Notes: generated from the letters alone by a model not told the origin. Positions 18,325 to 29,001 are shown, numbered from the stretch's first letter. The stretch is 64,000 nucleotides of DNA from Candidatus Anstonellales archaeon (GCA_038890745.1 JAWAFD010000003.1:1-64000), one strand, 5' to 3'. Program-made: numbers and translations.

Positions 18325-19752
18325 CTATCCCTTAACAACAGCTATTGGCCTGAGTTTTGCAACAATATTACTTATCCCTGCCAGTTGTACGGCATTCACA
18401 ACATCATCAATATCCTTATACGCATCCGGTGCTTCTTCTGCAGCAACGCTCAATGTTGCTGGCTTAACTATTATTCCTCTCTCCCCAAGCTCCCTTACTA
18501 TCTGCTCCCCTCTGTGCCTTCTTATTGCCTCGTGCCTGCTCATCACCCTTCCTGCTCCATGGCATGTTGAACCAAAGCATACTTTCAGTCCTTTTGGGTT
18601 TCCAACAAGAACATAGCTTGCGGTTCCCATGCTCCCAGGAATGATTACTGGCTGCCCAATACCCATATACTTTTTTGGCAGTTCTTTTCTTCCTGCTGGG
18701 AACGCTCTCGTTGCCCCTTTTCTATGCACGACCAGATTCATCTTTTTTCCATCAACTTCGTGCTCCTCGAATTTTGCGATGTTGTGCGCAACATCATACA
18801 CCAATTTCATGCTATCCATTACATTCGAACCATAAACCTTTCCAAAACTCTCCCTCACCCAGTGCATAATCATCTGTCTGTTTGTGAATGCAAAATTCAC
18901 AGCACATTTCATAGCCTTTATGTAATCCTCCCCTTCCCTGCTCTTTACTGGTGCATACGCAAGCTCTGGGTCTGCCAATCTGATGTTGTTTTTTCTTGCC
19001 CATCCCATCACAACATTTATGTAATCGCTCGCAACCTGATGCCCAAAACCCCTAGAACCAGTATGGATCATTACAACGATCTGCCCTTCGTATAAACCAA
19101 ACGCTTTTGCAACCTCTGGAAGATGGATCTTTTCAACATACTGAATTTCTAAGAAATGGTTTCCTGCACCCAATGTTCCAAGCTGCGGCTTCCCCCTCTT
19201 TATTGCAACCTTACTAATTTTGGATGGGTCTGCTCCCTCCATCCTTCCATACTCCTCTATACTTTCTCTATCCTCTTCCCATCCATAATTGTTTTCAATC
19301 GCCCATTCTACCCCCCTTGTCAAAACCTCTCTTAACTCTTCTTCGCTAAGCCTTACCTTCCCCTCGCTTCCTACTCCGCTGGGAACATTCGTAAAAAGTG
19401 CCTGAACAATCTCCTTTATTTTTGGTTTCACATCCTTTTGTTCCATGTTTGTTAGAAGCAATCTTACACCGCAGTTAATATCATACCCTACCCCTCCTGG
19501 AGAAACTATTCCATCCTCTGCTGGGAACGCAGCCACGCCACCTATTGGAAACCCATACCCTTCATGCCCATCCGGCATGAGTAAGGCATGCTTCACTATT
19601 CCGGGCAATCCTGCTACATTCTTTAATTGCCATATCGTCCTATCCTTTTTCATCTGCTCCAGCATTTTTTCTGTTGCAAAGATTATCCCTGGGACCCTCA
19701 TCCCCTCTTCTTTAAACTCCCATGTAGCCTTTCCAATCTCCTTAAATTCCAT
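18325..19752 (-). CDS. rtcB: RtcB RNA-splicing ligase
   Basis: MPDGHEGYGFPIGG, GYDINCG, GAGNHFLE, VHRKGATR, HGAGR, EEAPDAYK. Confidence 0.97.
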   Translation of the reverse strand: MEFKEIGKATWEFKEEGMRVPGIIFATEKMLEQMKKDRTIWQLKNVAGLPGIVKHALLMPDGHEGYGFPIGGVAAFPAEDGIVSPGGVGYDINCGVRLLLTNMEQKDVKPKIKEIVQALFTNVPSGVGSEGKVRLSEEELREVLTRGVEWAIENNYGWEEDRESIEEYGRMEGADPSKISKVAIKRGKPQLGTLGAGNHFLEIQYVEKIHLPEVAKAFGLYEGQIVVMIHTGSRGFGHQVASDYINVVMGWARKNNIRLADPELAYAPVKSREGEDYIKAMKCAVNFAFTNRQMIMHWVRESFGKVYGSNVMDSMKLVYDVAHNIAKFEEHEVDGKKMNLVVHRKGATRAFPAGRKELPKKYMGIGQPVIIPGSMGTASYVLVGNPKGLKVCFGSTCHGAGRVMSRHEAIRRHRGEQIVRELGERGIIVKPATLSVAAEEAPDAYKDIDDVVNAVQLAGISNIVAKLRPIAVVKG

Positions 19753-19763
19753 ACTCTCCCTCC

Positions 19764-20555
19764 TTAAAATTGTATAAAGTCTTTGCTCGCTGAGAGCAGA
19801 AGAACAGCAAACATGAGGAAGAAGATTCCTGAGGTTAGGCAGTTTGCTGTTTTTAAAGCTGAGAATATGTTTTCCATTTCTGTACCCATGTTCTGAATGC
19901 TCGCTTCCATATCCTCCAAATCCTTCTTAACTTTGTTGAAATTCTGCTGAACGCTTTTCATATCGCTCACAGCTTTGTCCAAGCTTGATTTTGTGGTTTG
20001 GAGTTCGTTCGCAGCACTCATGATCTCATCCGCGCTTTTCTCTAGCCCTTCCCCTTCCTTTTTGAATGAGATCACCCCTCCAAAATCAAGCATTTTTATT
20101 TTGCTTCCAAAACTTTTTATCTCCTCTCCAGAGTTTTTTATTCCTTCGCTTGTTTGGTCTATGCTCGAGCTAAAGCTTGCGCTTCCATTCTCAATATTCG
20201 CAATCGCGCTGTTCATCTTTTCCAGCCCGCTTTTCAGGTCACTCACGCTAGTCTTTACAGTTTCAATCCTGCTCATCGCCATAGTTTTTCCTTGGTCTAT
20301 CGCTCCATCTACAATGAAATACAAAGCTATTGAGGCCAAAAGCCCAAACACCGCAAAGGATAGAAGGACTATGTTTATTGTAAGCTTCACCACCGGAGCC
20401 CCTTTTTCATCCTCTTTCCTCTCGATTTTTTCTACCTTTTCCTGCTCTTTTTTCGGCTCCTCTTTCCTTTCCGCTTTTTTCTCTAACCTCACGCCCGCTT
20501 TTTTCTCGAATATGTCGCTTGCTATTATGTGCTCCTCTTCCCTATGCTCACCCAT
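19764..20555 (-). CDS. Two-TM protein with a long coiled-coil loop
   Basis: TM segments near both ends flank heptad-rich sequence. Confidence 0.7.
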   Translation of the reverse strand: MGEHREEEHIIASDIFEKKAGVRLEKKAERKEEPKKEQEKVEKIERKEDEKGAPVVKLTINIVLLSFAVFGLLASIALYFIVDGAIDQGKTMAMSRIETVKTSVSDLKSGLEKMNSAIANIENGSASFSSSIDQTSEGIKNSGEEIKSFGSKIKMLDFGGVISFKKEGEGLEKSADEIMSAANELQTTKSSLDKAVSDMKSVQQNFNKVKKDLEDMEASIQNMGTEMENIFSALKTANCLTSGIFFLMFAVLLLSASKDFIQF

Positions 20556-20600
20556 AAACTGTGTATTGAGAAAAAAGGTTTAAATAGGTTCCCTGGCTGC

Positions 20601-22073
20601 CTATATGATTACTCTTACCCATCTATATGGGGTTTTTTCTATATCCTCTTTGCTTTTTTCTCCAAACTTCTCAAATCTTTTTAAAAGTTGAAAAACTAAA
20701 ACCTCATCAAAAGGTTTTAGACGAATTTCGCTTCTATTTACTTCTACCTTTTTTCCGATTATTTCAGATATATGCTGAGCTGTTGCTTCGTGACCAATCA
20801 CTGAAATAAATTTATTTTTCGCTAAAATATTTATTGCTTCTTCATCGCTTATCACTTTGAAGTATGCATTCCCGCTGGGATATTTGTTTATATCGAACAT
20901 ATTCAATGAAAAAGAAGATGCTAGATAAATGTTTTTTTCACGCTGTTTATTTTTTATTAGCTCTGCTATTCTTCTACATTCTTCCTCACATTTCTTTATA
21001 TATTTTTCGATCTTTTTGGGACTTATGTTTTGCGAGTTTTGGGTTTTCCTCCCTGTTCCGGCATGCGCTAAGTAATTTCTCCAATTTTGTATATTCCCAA
21101 ATATTCCCCTCTCCTTTGTTTCAAGTTTTCCTAATAACTTAGTAACCATCTCTCTATCATCTTTTTTGTTTCCGTCCATTCCTAATTCTTTACATATTTT
21201 CGTTATGTACGCTTCTTCTAGGAATATAACTGCATCACGCAGATGCTTACGTTTATTATGATATTCCGAAGTGAGCAACATCGCTTCTTCGTTGCTTTTT
21301 GCCTCCCCTTCCTTTTCCATAAATGGCTTAAATTCTTTTTTTAGTTTTTTGATTAACGCTGAGACTATATATTTTTGAATACCATCTAATCCTTCTAGGC
21401 TTTCATCTAATTCACCGATAGTTCCAGTTTCATAAATATTTTTCAAAAACTCACGTATCTCATTTATTTTCCCCATAAATTTTGTATTGCTCTTTCTAAA
21501 TAGTTCTTTTGCATCCTTGCTTATCTCTTCTATTTTTTGAGGGTCCAGCGTATTTACAGCCTCTTCCATATCCGCTACAATCTTGAATATTAAAGAGTAT
21601 TTTTCTAAATTGATAAGTTTACCTTTTTTTGTTTTTTCGTTAAAGAACTGATAAAAATATTCTATACTGGCTTCCTTCTCTTTTTCAATTATTTGCAATG
21701 CAAGTAGTACCAATGTTGTAGTATACTTAAATCCCGTAGTGGTATCAAAATGTATGGTGGATCTCTCTTCTTCTTTTATTTCCTTGCTAAGATTTACAAG
21801 AACATTTTGAAAAAATGCGTTCTGGTCTTCTATATTTTGTATTTTTATTTTTTTTATTTTTGAACTATCAATTCTTCCCTTTAAATTTTCTAATTCATTT
21901 TCAGCTTCTTCTGTTGGGATTATTGCAATTATTTTATCATAGCTAAACTCGTTCTTTAGTATTTCTAATGGTATCATTATATTTCTGTATTTTTTTCCCA
22001 TGTATTCGACTTCTTCTGCTTCTTTATAGTTTTTTCCAACATTCATTACATACATTCTCATACAAACCACCAT
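20601..22073 (-). CDS. csx1: Csx1-like CARF-HEPN RNase fused to a Crn2/AcrIII-1 (DUF1874) ring nuclease
   Basis: CARF motif HFDTTTGFK, HEPN RNYLAH, C-terminal SFSLNM...ISVIGHEATA...VNR...VFQL..R. Confidence 0.85.
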   Translation of the reverse strand: MVVCMRMYVMNVGKNYKEAEEVEYMGKKYRNIMIPLEILKNEFSYDKIIAIIPTEEAENELENLKGRIDSSKIKKIKIQNIEDQNAFFQNVLVNLSKEIKEEERSTIHFDTTTGFKYTTTLVLLALQIIEKEKEASIEYFYQFFNEKTKKGKLINLEKYSLIFKIVADMEEAVNTLDPQKIEEISKDAKELFRKSNTKFMGKINEIREFLKNIYETGTIGELDESLEGLDGIQKYIVSALIKKLKKEFKPFMEKEGEAKSNEEAMLLTSEYHNKRKHLRDAVIFLEEAYITKICKELGMDGNKKDDREMVTKLLGKLETKERGIFGNIQNWRNYLAHAGTGRKTQNSQNISPKKIEKYIKKCEEECRRIAELIKNKQREKNIYLASSFSLNMFDINKYPSGNAYFKVISDEEAINILAKNKFISVIGHEATAQHISEIIGKKVEVNRSEIRLKPFDEVLVFQLLKRFEKFGEKSKEDIEKTPYRWVRVII

Positions 22074-22074
22074 T

Positions 22075-22959
22075 TCAATATGATGTTATATTTACCCTTC
22101 CCATCCCAGCAGTTGTTAGCTTACCTATCCCTCTGTAATTAGAATATCCTGCCAACAACCCTAATAATTTTTTTGTTTCTTTGGGTAGCGAAGTTATAGA
22201 ATAAGTTATACTCCCCATTATCCCACTTATTCTCTCTTTTTTATTTCTTTTTTCTGACCATCGATCAATGGATGTATATTTTTTTATTTTGTTTACGCAA
22301 ATAGCAGCTTTTTCCAATTTTTTCTTAAAATCTACAAAGTTTATTTCTGGTTTATATGAATAGTAAAAGAAAGAAGTATTGTGAAAAGAACGTGCCATGG
22401 TCATTCCTATACTTTGAAGGGATGGCTCTGTGACCATTGAGTTCTCGAACCTTAATAGTGTGGGGGTTAAAAAATTAAAACGAATTCTTTCTTTTAATTG
22501 AATGCTTCTTACGAATTCTTCTTTAATATTGACTATTTTTGCACCTACAGACCCATAACCTTTTTTTCTACCTTTTCCTATACTATTTACTTTTTCAATA
22601 GCTTTTTTTAGGTGATTTAAAAAATTATTTCCTTTGCCGAATAACATAATTTTGAAATTTATCTCTTCATCAACAAAATATGTTTTCTTAGGTTCTAATG
22701 GAGGACTAATGGAGTAGGGTTTAGGTATCTGCATTCTATGTAATGGTTTTTTTACATCCCTTTGCTCTAGTTCGAATAAATATCCATAAGCACATCCTTC
22801 AATTCTATTACAACTTTTGCAGTTTTTATTTTTTCCCATAAGACAAGAATTTTCTCTCAACTTTTGGCCTATTGCACCTCTTATACTGAATCCTTTAAAC
22901 TCATTTAGATGTACTGGGGTTTTTGGAATAAATTTGGCTTCTATTACAGTTATCTTCAT
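22075..22959 (-). CDS. cas6: Cas6 crRNA-processing endoribonuclease
   Basis: C-terminal G-loop GIGKLTTAGMG; FLTPT. Confidence 0.9.
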   Translation of the reverse strand: MKITVIEAKFIPKTPVHLNEFKGFSIRGAIGQKLRENSCLMGKNKNCKSCNRIEGCAYGYLFELEQRDVKKPLHRMQIPKPYSISPPLEPKKTYFVDEEINFKIMLFGKGNNFLNHLKKAIEKVNSIGKGRKKGYGSVGAKIVNIKEEFVRSIQLKERIRFNFLTPTLLRFENSMVTEPSLQSIGMTMARSFHNTSFFYYSYKPEINFVDFKKKLEKAAICVNKIKKYTSIDRWSEKRNKKERISGIMGSITYSITSLPKETKKLLGLLAGYSNYRGIGKLTTAGMGRVNITSY

Positions 22960-23846
22960 TTTGGTTCAACCCTTACCCACCCAAATGGATAATAAATTTC
23001 ATTTATTTTTGTAATTTTTATTGTTGTTGAGTTTTCAGAAAATTTTCCTTTACCAATTCTTATTAGAATATTATTTTTGTTTTCCTGTTCTATTTTTTTG
23101 TAGAATTCCTCTAGTCCATTTAAAGCTTTAATTGTTTCACTACGCAGATCTATGATTTTGTTTTTAAAATTCCTTATCCAGTTTAATTCCCCTTTAATCA
23201 AATTGCTATTAATATCTTTAATTTTTTCTAATATTTTTTCGTTTTCTAAATATCGGACCTCTTTCTCATGATAAAATTCGTTTTTTATTATCTCTGCATT
23301 AATTTTCTTTCCTGGAGGGATTACCTCAATATAATTATATTTGATTAGCCTGTTTATTTTTTTCATGCTTAAACTATATATTCTGGATATAGTTAGACTG
23401 TCTTTTTCGAGCATTACATCTCTAAATATTATGTATGACAAGGTAGGTTTATTGCTGACTTTGTCTATGTGATGTACTGAGCCTGGGCCAGTGTAGGACA
23501 CGAAAGTGCCCTTTATAGATGATCCTGGAATATAAGGTTTGCCATCTATATTTATAAATTCATTTATTACAATATCATCTTTGTTAGCTATGTCTTCAAC
23601 TATTTTTATCCCACCACTACTTAAAGCATATTTTTCACTAATTTCTCTTAATTTTTTTATTTTTTCTTTGTGATCCTTTTTCTCTTTAAATTCTTTTATT
23701 ATTTTTTTTAGGTCATCTATTGTATAGCGATTTAGATCTACGTCAACTAAATAACCATTTTTTATTACGCAATCAAAAGGGTAATGTTTTTCACTACCAT
23801 TACCAATATGAATTGGAGACAATGTGTAGAACAAATATTCTTTCAT
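22956..23846 (-). CDS. csm5: Csm5 (Cas7-group RAMP)
   Basis: TLSPIHIGNG, PYIPGSSIKG, IRIGKG, PFGWV; operon position. Confidence 0.85.
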   Translation of the reverse strand: MKEYLFYTLSPIHIGNGSEKHYPFDCVIKNGYLVDVDLNRYTIDDLKKIIKEFKEKKDHKEKIKKLREISEKYALSSGGIKIVEDIANKDDIVINEFINIDGKPYIPGSSIKGTFVSYTGPGSVHHIDKVSNKPTLSYIIFRDVMLEKDSLTISRIYSLSMKKINRLIKYNYIEVIPPGKKINAEIIKNEFYHEKEVRYLENEKILEKIKDINSNLIKGELNWIRNFKNKIIDLRSETIKALNGLEEFYKKIEQENKNNILIRIGKGKFSENSTTIKITKINEIYYPFGWVRVEPK

Positions 23847-24760
23847 GATCTCACCTCTGGATCTATTTTAAATAAACTATCAAGATCGGCTTTAAGGTAT
23901 AGTTTTATTGTTCTTCCGTTGAAAATCTTTTCTTCACTATCTAACTTTATTATTTTGCCATTTGATGGTATATCACTAAAAATTCCGCCCGAAGGGTAGT
24001 ATAAGAATGAGATACCGGATCTTATTTTTTGATCGCCTTTTTCTGACAAGAAACTATTATATTTCTCTATACGAGAAAATATGAATTCACTGTTTTCCTC
24101 CGGGATGTAATCCGAAAGGTTTATGAAAAATTTTTCTTTTTTGGTGAGATATTCTTTATTGAATTCAGATAATATGTTCGACGGGTCTTTAAATACTAAT
24201 CTGCTTGCTCCAACTGATTTATCAGCCCCCATTCCATAAGATGACATTTTTAATAGAGCGTTCTCTATTATCTCTTTGTTTTTTTCTTCTACGGAGATTA
24301 AAAGAAAGGCATTTTTGACTATTGTTATATCATAATAAAACATATTCCTTTCCCTTATATAATTCCCTATTCTTCTTATCTTTTTTTGTTCTTCCTTTTT
24401 TTTGTTTGTGCGTTCTGTTAAACTATTCATTATCCTGTCTTTGATGAGGTCATCTGTTACCTCTTTGTCTGTGTCTTTTATCAGAACCTCTGTTTCTTTA
24501 AGCTCCTTTCTTAGTTTCTTTCTTATTTCTTTGTTTTGTATGAATCCCACTGCGTTTTGTAATCTTACACAGAATCCAAATTCAACATTTTTCATAATTC
24601 TACTAACTGCAAATTCTTTATCTTCTAAAAGTTTTTTTCCATCTTCCCCGAAAAAATCTATAGCAGTTTTCAGTATGGCTCCTGAAATTTGCATGCTTGT
24701 TAATAATCCTGACGAAGTGTTGTATCTTATTTCATCAAATTCTGCTTTATATATTGTCAA
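23843..24760 (-). CDS. csm4: Csm4 (Cas5-group RAMP)
   Basis: SMQISGAI, YGMGADKSVG, INLSDYIP; operon position. Confidence 0.8.
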   Translation of the reverse strand: MTIYKAEFDEIRYNTSSGLLTSMQISGAILKTAIDFFGEDGKKLLEDKEFAVSRIMKNVEFGFCVRLQNAVGFIQNKEIRKKLRKELKETEVLIKDTDKEVTDDLIKDRIMNSLTERTNKKKEEQKKIRRIGNYIRERNMFYYDITIVKNAFLLISVEEKNKEIIENALLKMSSYGMGADKSVGASRLVFKDPSNILSEFNKEYLTKKEKFFINLSDYIPEENSEFIFSRIEKYNSFLSEKGDQKIRSGISFLYYPSGGIFSDIPSNGKIIKLDSEEKIFNGRTIKLYLKADLDSLFKIDPEVRS

Positions 24761-24771
24761 ATGCCCCCCTC

Positions 24772-25395
24772 CTATATTTTATTTAACTCATCAAGGTTGT
24801 TTATTTCCAATTTAACTTTTCCGTACCCTCTTGTTCCGCTTCCGCCCAAATAATTGCTATTGAGAAGCTCTACCATTTTTTCTATTTTATTTTTTAATTC
24901 ACTTGGAGGTATAATGTATTTTCCATCATTTTTTTCTAGTATAACTACCATCTCGAAATCAAATTTTGTTCCGGGTTTTACTCTTTCAGAGCTTCTTAGG
25001 TCTTTTGCTTTTCCTGTATTCCGGTCTATTCTGTTTTCTATCTTTACTTCTATGAAATCATTTGGATCTCGATTTTTCTGTTCACGACTTACAAAGGAAT
25101 CTCTAAATATTAAAATTCCTTGTTTCTCAGGACTTCCAAAAAGTAATTCAATCTCATCCTTTTCTTTACCCTCTGTAATAATTTTACCTTTTTCATTATA
25201 TTTTATGCCAATTAATTTTTCGTATAAGCATCTAATTTTTCCCTTTAGAGAGCTTCCCGGTATATATGGATATCCTTCTGGATCTTTTATTACAGGGTTA
25301 TCTATTCCTGCGATCTCATACGTCCCTTCGCCTCCTATGTGCAATCCACTCAATACTGTTATTTCTCCTTTCAAAACCTTCGTTTCAAATCCCAT
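24772..25395 (-). CDS. csm3: Csm3 backbone RNase
   Basis: GLHIGG, GIDNPVIK (catalytic Asp), YIPGSSLKGKIR, YLGGSGTRGYG. Confidence 0.95.
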   Translation of the reverse strand: MGFETKVLKGEITVLSGLHIGGEGTYEIAGIDNPVIKDPEGYPYIPGSSLKGKIRCLYEKLIGIKYNEKGKIITEGKEKDEIELLFGSPEKQGILIFRDSFVSREQKNRDPNDFIEVKIENRIDRNTGKAKDLRSSERVKPGTKFDFEMVVILEKNDGKYIIPPSELKNKIEKMVELLNSNYLGGSGTRGYGKVKLEINNLDELNKI

Positions 25396-25406
25396 ATTCT
25401 CACCTC

Positions 25407-25829
25407 TTACTTTCCTTTTATGTTAGCAAGCATTAGTGTTGATGCATACTCAAGCGGGAGTATATAATTCTCCTCTATTGATTCTTCTTTGCCTAATTTT
25501 TCACCTATTGATTCAAATATATCTGCATAAAATTCTGCAATAACTTTTACTTTTTTATCAGTATTTTTTTTGGATGCTATGTATCTAAATTTTGCTGCTG
25601 TTAGCAGTAAGTCCTTCTCAGCCATTTTTCTTTTTATTCCACTTATTGACTTAAATAGCTCTATAGTTTTACTTCTAGGAATTTCGTATAATTGTGCTTT
25701 TATTTTTTCGATCGCGTTTTTTATTTTGTACATTTTATCCTTAGCGTTGTCGCTGCTCAGTATAGTATCCTTTATACTTCTCAAATCCAGAGGTTTCTCC
25801 TCATCTTTACGTCCATTCATTTCAATCAC
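25407..25829 (-). CDS. csm2: Csm2 small subunit (Cas11)
   Basis: 140-aa helical protein between cas10 and csm3. Confidence 0.7.
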   Translation of the reverse strand: MIEMNGRKDEEKPLDLRSIKDTILSSDNAKDKMYKIKNAIEKIKAQLYEIPRSKTIELFKSISGIKRKMAEKDLLLTAAKFRYIASKKNTDKKVKVIAEFYADIFESIGEKLGKEESIEENYILPLEYASTLMLANIKGK

Positions 25830-28179
25830 CTCTTTTTAGATCATAAAAATCATTTCCTTCCCCTAATTTAAATTTTGAAAATAATAATGCGGTGGAAAGA
25901 CTCTGTAAAAAGGTCTCTTTCTCTATAGTTTCCTTTATACTGTTATAATCTTCGGCATCCTTTTGACTTATTGATTTTTTGTGTCTTTCTATTATGTAAT
26001 CCATTTTTGCTTTTGAAAATAGTTTTTTTATTTGTCTATCTATTTCTTTATACTTTTTGCTAATGGATATTCCTGGATCCAAATATACACTCATTAGATT
26101 ATACAAGAGGCTTCTAGAGATATTTTTGTTCTCCTTCATTATATCTATAACCTTAAACAAATCTTCGTATTCATCATTTCCAATAACATTCCTATCACCA
26201 GGTACGAAAGAAATGTAGGTTGCATTTTTTGTCCTACTGTTGTTTTTCTTATATCTTTTTGCTTCTTTAAGTCCTATCTCTCCAATTTCACTTAGTTCTC
26301 TTACTGGGAATCTGTGATGCTCTACTATTATACTTGCAGAATATGTTATTCCATATTTATCATCTTCTGAATGGAAAATTTTGTAGAAATTTTCCTTAAA
26401 ATTTTTCATAAAGACTAGTGCGTAATCATATCTTGTTATAAGGGTTATATCATCGCCTCCCGCATATAAGAGATAAAACTTTTTATTATTTTTTTCTTTT
26501 TCATGTTTTTTTTCGCCTATTGTTTCATTTATTCCAGAATTTAAGCATTCTATCATTGATTTTTCCATTAAAGTTATAAATTCAAGTGTAAGAGAAAAAT
26601 CTTTGCAACATTTTTCTACTTTGTCTCCAAGCCCATCTATATCAATTTTAATGAAAGCTAGATATGGCGTATTCTTCTTTCTTTCTTCAACTTCTATGAT
26701 CTCATCTATTTTGTCATTTATCCATAATGGTATCAAATGATAATCGACCCCAAGATTATTTTTTATGTAATCTATAATATTAAACTGTTCTGAAACTTTA
26801 CCTACTTTTAAAAATAGGTCGACAAATCCATTATTTATCTTTAGATTTTTGATTTTATCTATATCCATAACGAATATCTTAAATCTTCCAAATTCGAATA
26901 CTGGTTCTTCATCGATAATATTTCTTGTTTTTTCGGTATATAGTATTCCGGATATCATACGCTCGTAACTACATTTTGTTCCTAATTTTTCCATGCTTTT
27001 GCATGCTTCACAACAATCTTTATTACCCGTATAAATCTCACCGCACCTATCACATTTTTTTCCATTTTTTATTGTTTGATCATCTATTTTATATGTATAA
27101 CTGTTAAATCCTGCCTTTTCGAAAATTATTGTGTTGTAGTTTTTTGGTTCGATATCCTTCTTTTGATCTTTTAGGTTTATCGTTAATTTTACTATCCCAA
27201 AAGATGCTGAAAGCGGGAAATACCCCAATTCTATTAATTTTTTGTTAAACTGTTCCAATTGATTTTTTATTTTTTTTGATGGGTCTTCATCAGACAAAAA
27301 GGCAAACTTTCCAGAAGAGAGAAACAATAATGCAGCAATGTTTAATTCAAGTTCTTTTAATATCTCTAACGATAGTAATCTAGTTATAGCGTATATAAAT
27401 ATTGATCTGCCCCTCATTATTTTTGATGATACTTCCCCTCTATAGTCTTTTTTTAAGAATTTTGTTATAAACCGTTGGATGCCATTAAGTTTTACAAGAC
27501 AATAATATATTTCTGTTTTTTCGTCCCCTATTTTTATATTTTTTTTCTTAAGTATGTAAGCTAGTGATGATGATGCTTTTGAATGAGAATAAATTGAGTA
27601 GACCGGACATTCATGCTGTTTGTAAGATGGTACTGCATAAGTGTAGTCTCGGAGTATAGTGCTTATGTTTTGGTATTGATATTCAAAATTTTCCTTGTTT
27701 ATGTTTTTTAATGCTTCTACTAATTCCATTTCAAATTTTTTACTTTGTGAGCTTTCATGTGCTATTTCGATTTTTTCATGTTCCCTTACACTATATGGTG
27801 CTATTTCATCTAGTGTAAATTTTGTACATAATCTATCGCATTCAAGCGTATCCACAAAGTAAGCAGGCAGTAAAGTTTTTCCTTCTTCATCATCTTCTTC
27901 TTTTTCTGGTCTCATGCTTGCTGAGATCTGGTCTCCTAATTTTACATACATTATTTGTTCCTCATCGATTTCATTGTGATGTTTTTCTACTAGGCAGGCT
28001 ACAGAAGAAAGTTCCGGTGCATTTTTTTCTATGAATTCTGCACCAATTTCTGCATGCTTTCTTCTACCTTCTATATTTTTCAATATTGTTTTATATCTCT
28101 TTTGAAAAGATTTTCCTAAATCGTGAAGAAGTGCAGCAAGAATAATTTCTTGTTCTGAATTTATACTACTTTTCATCAT
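25822..28179 (-). CDS. cas10: Cas10/Csm1 with HD nuclease and intact GGDD palm domain
   Basis: AALLHDLGK, HH, GDQISA, GIQRFI, RGRS, CxxC zinc motifs, DIDGLG, YAGGDD. Confidence 0.95.
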   Translation of the reverse strand: MMKSSINSEQEIILAALLHDLGKSFQKRYKTILKNIEGRRKHAEIGAEFIEKNAPELSSVACLVEKHHNEIDEEQIMYVKLGDQISASMRPEKEEDDEEGKTLLPAYFVDTLECDRLCTKFTLDEIAPYSVREHEKIEIAHESSQSKKFEMELVEALKNINKENFEYQYQNISTILRDYTYAVPSYKQHECPVYSIYSHSKASSSLAYILKKKNIKIGDEKTEIYYCLVKLNGIQRFITKFLKKDYRGEVSSKIMRGRSIFIYAITRLLSLEILKELELNIAALLFLSSGKFAFLSDEDPSKKIKNQLEQFNKKLIELGYFPLSASFGIVKLTINLKDQKKDIEPKNYNTIIFEKAGFNSYTYKIDDQTIKNGKKCDRCGEIYTGNKDCCEACKSMEKLGTKCSYERMISGILYTEKTRNIIDEEPVFEFGRFKIFVMDIDKIKNLKINNGFVDLFLKVGKVSEQFNIIDYIKNNLGVDYHLIPLWINDKIDEIIEVEERKKNTPYLAFIKIDIDGLGDKVEKCCKDFSLTLEFITLMEKSMIECLNSGINETIGEKKHEKEKNNKKFYLLYAGGDDITLITRYDYALVFMKNFKENFYKIFHSEDDKYGITYSASIIVEHHRFPVRELSEIGEIGLKEAKRYKKNNSRTKNATYISFVPGDRNVIGNDEYEDLFKVIDIMKENKNISRSLLYNLMSVYLDPGISISKKYKEIDRQIKKLFSKAKMDYIIERHKKSISQKDAEDYNSIKETIEKETFLQSLSTALLFSKFKLGEGNDFYDLKRGD

Positions 28180-28208
28180 TACCCCATGTTGAAATTGACT
28201 ACAATAAG

Positions 28209-28233
28209 TTTTTAAATTTTTTTTCTGATGATT
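28209..28233 (-). promoter_or_regulatory. Promoter of the interference operon with shared CATYAG-N8-TTTAAAAA motif
   Basis: Reverse complement AATCATCAGAAAAAAAATTTAAAAA is 24/25 identical to 28977-29001. Confidence 0.65.
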
Positions 28234-28236
28234 CTA

Positions 28237-28935
28237 CTAACTTCTTTTTGTTTTTTCTTCTACCAATTTAAGCAACTTTTTTTGGTATTCGTCCATGAAA
28301 TAAAAAACCTCTTTACCTTTTTTGATACTGTTTATCCACCCTTGATTGATCATTTTCTTTGTTGCTATGAATATAGTTTGTTTTTTTCTACCCATTCTTT
28401 TTGTTAATTCTGAAAGTGAAATGGGTTCTCTACTATTCGCTATTTCATTTAAGATATTCGTGTAAGTGATGGTTTTTCTTTTATGTTTGGTTTGACTGAG
28501 GAAAAAGAAATATGCTGAAATTGGAAGTATTTGTGTTTGTTTTTTATATGGTGTATGTTTGATTAATATTTTTTTATTTTCAACTATGTGGCGTTTCTCG
28601 AACACATTTTGCGAAACTGATAGTATAAGTGCAAAGAATATCTCTTTCGATGCCCCCGTCATATCCACGATAATTTCGTCTGCTGTTTCCGTTAACAATT
28701 TATCAAATTTATACTTCATATTTAAAAAATCATAGAAGTCTGCTTCTTCTTCTGATGTTTCTGTGATTTTGAGTAGGTTTATGTATTCTTTTTTTATTTT
28801 TTCCCACACGCTCTTAGAGTCTAATGAGTAATATATACTTATAGTATCTGGTTTTATATATTTCATAATATAATTCATAGACTCTTTTATCGCTTCTTCG
28901 TTTTTTCCTACAAAAATAATAGCTTTTTTTCGCAT
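28237..28935 (-). CDS. csa3: Csa3-like CARF-wHTH transcription regulator
   Basis: IVDMTGASK CARF motif; C-terminal ISLSELTKRMGRKKQTIF...GWI...GKE wHTH. Confidence 0.75.
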   Translation of the reverse strand: MRKKAIIFVGKNEEAIKESMNYIMKYIKPDTISIYYSLDSKSVWEKIKKEYINLLKITETSEEEADFYDFLNMKYKFDKLLTETADEIIVDMTGASKEIFFALILSVSQNVFEKRHIVENKKILIKHTPYKKQTQILPISAYFFFLSQTKHKRKTITYTNILNEIANSREPISLSELTKRMGRKKQTIFIATKKMINQGWINSIKKGKEVFYFMDEYQKKLLKLVEEKTKRS

Positions 28936-28976
28936 GCTTTATTTTATTTTTGGAAATATTTTTAAATGTTTCGTTT

Positions 28977-29001
28977 AATCATCAGACAAAAAATTTAAAA
29001 A
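28977..29001 (+). promoter_or_regulatory. Promoter of cas4-cas1-cas2 with the same shared motif
   Basis: AATCATCAGACAAAAAATTTAAAAA; SD AGGTGA before the ATG at 29034. Confidence 0.65.
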
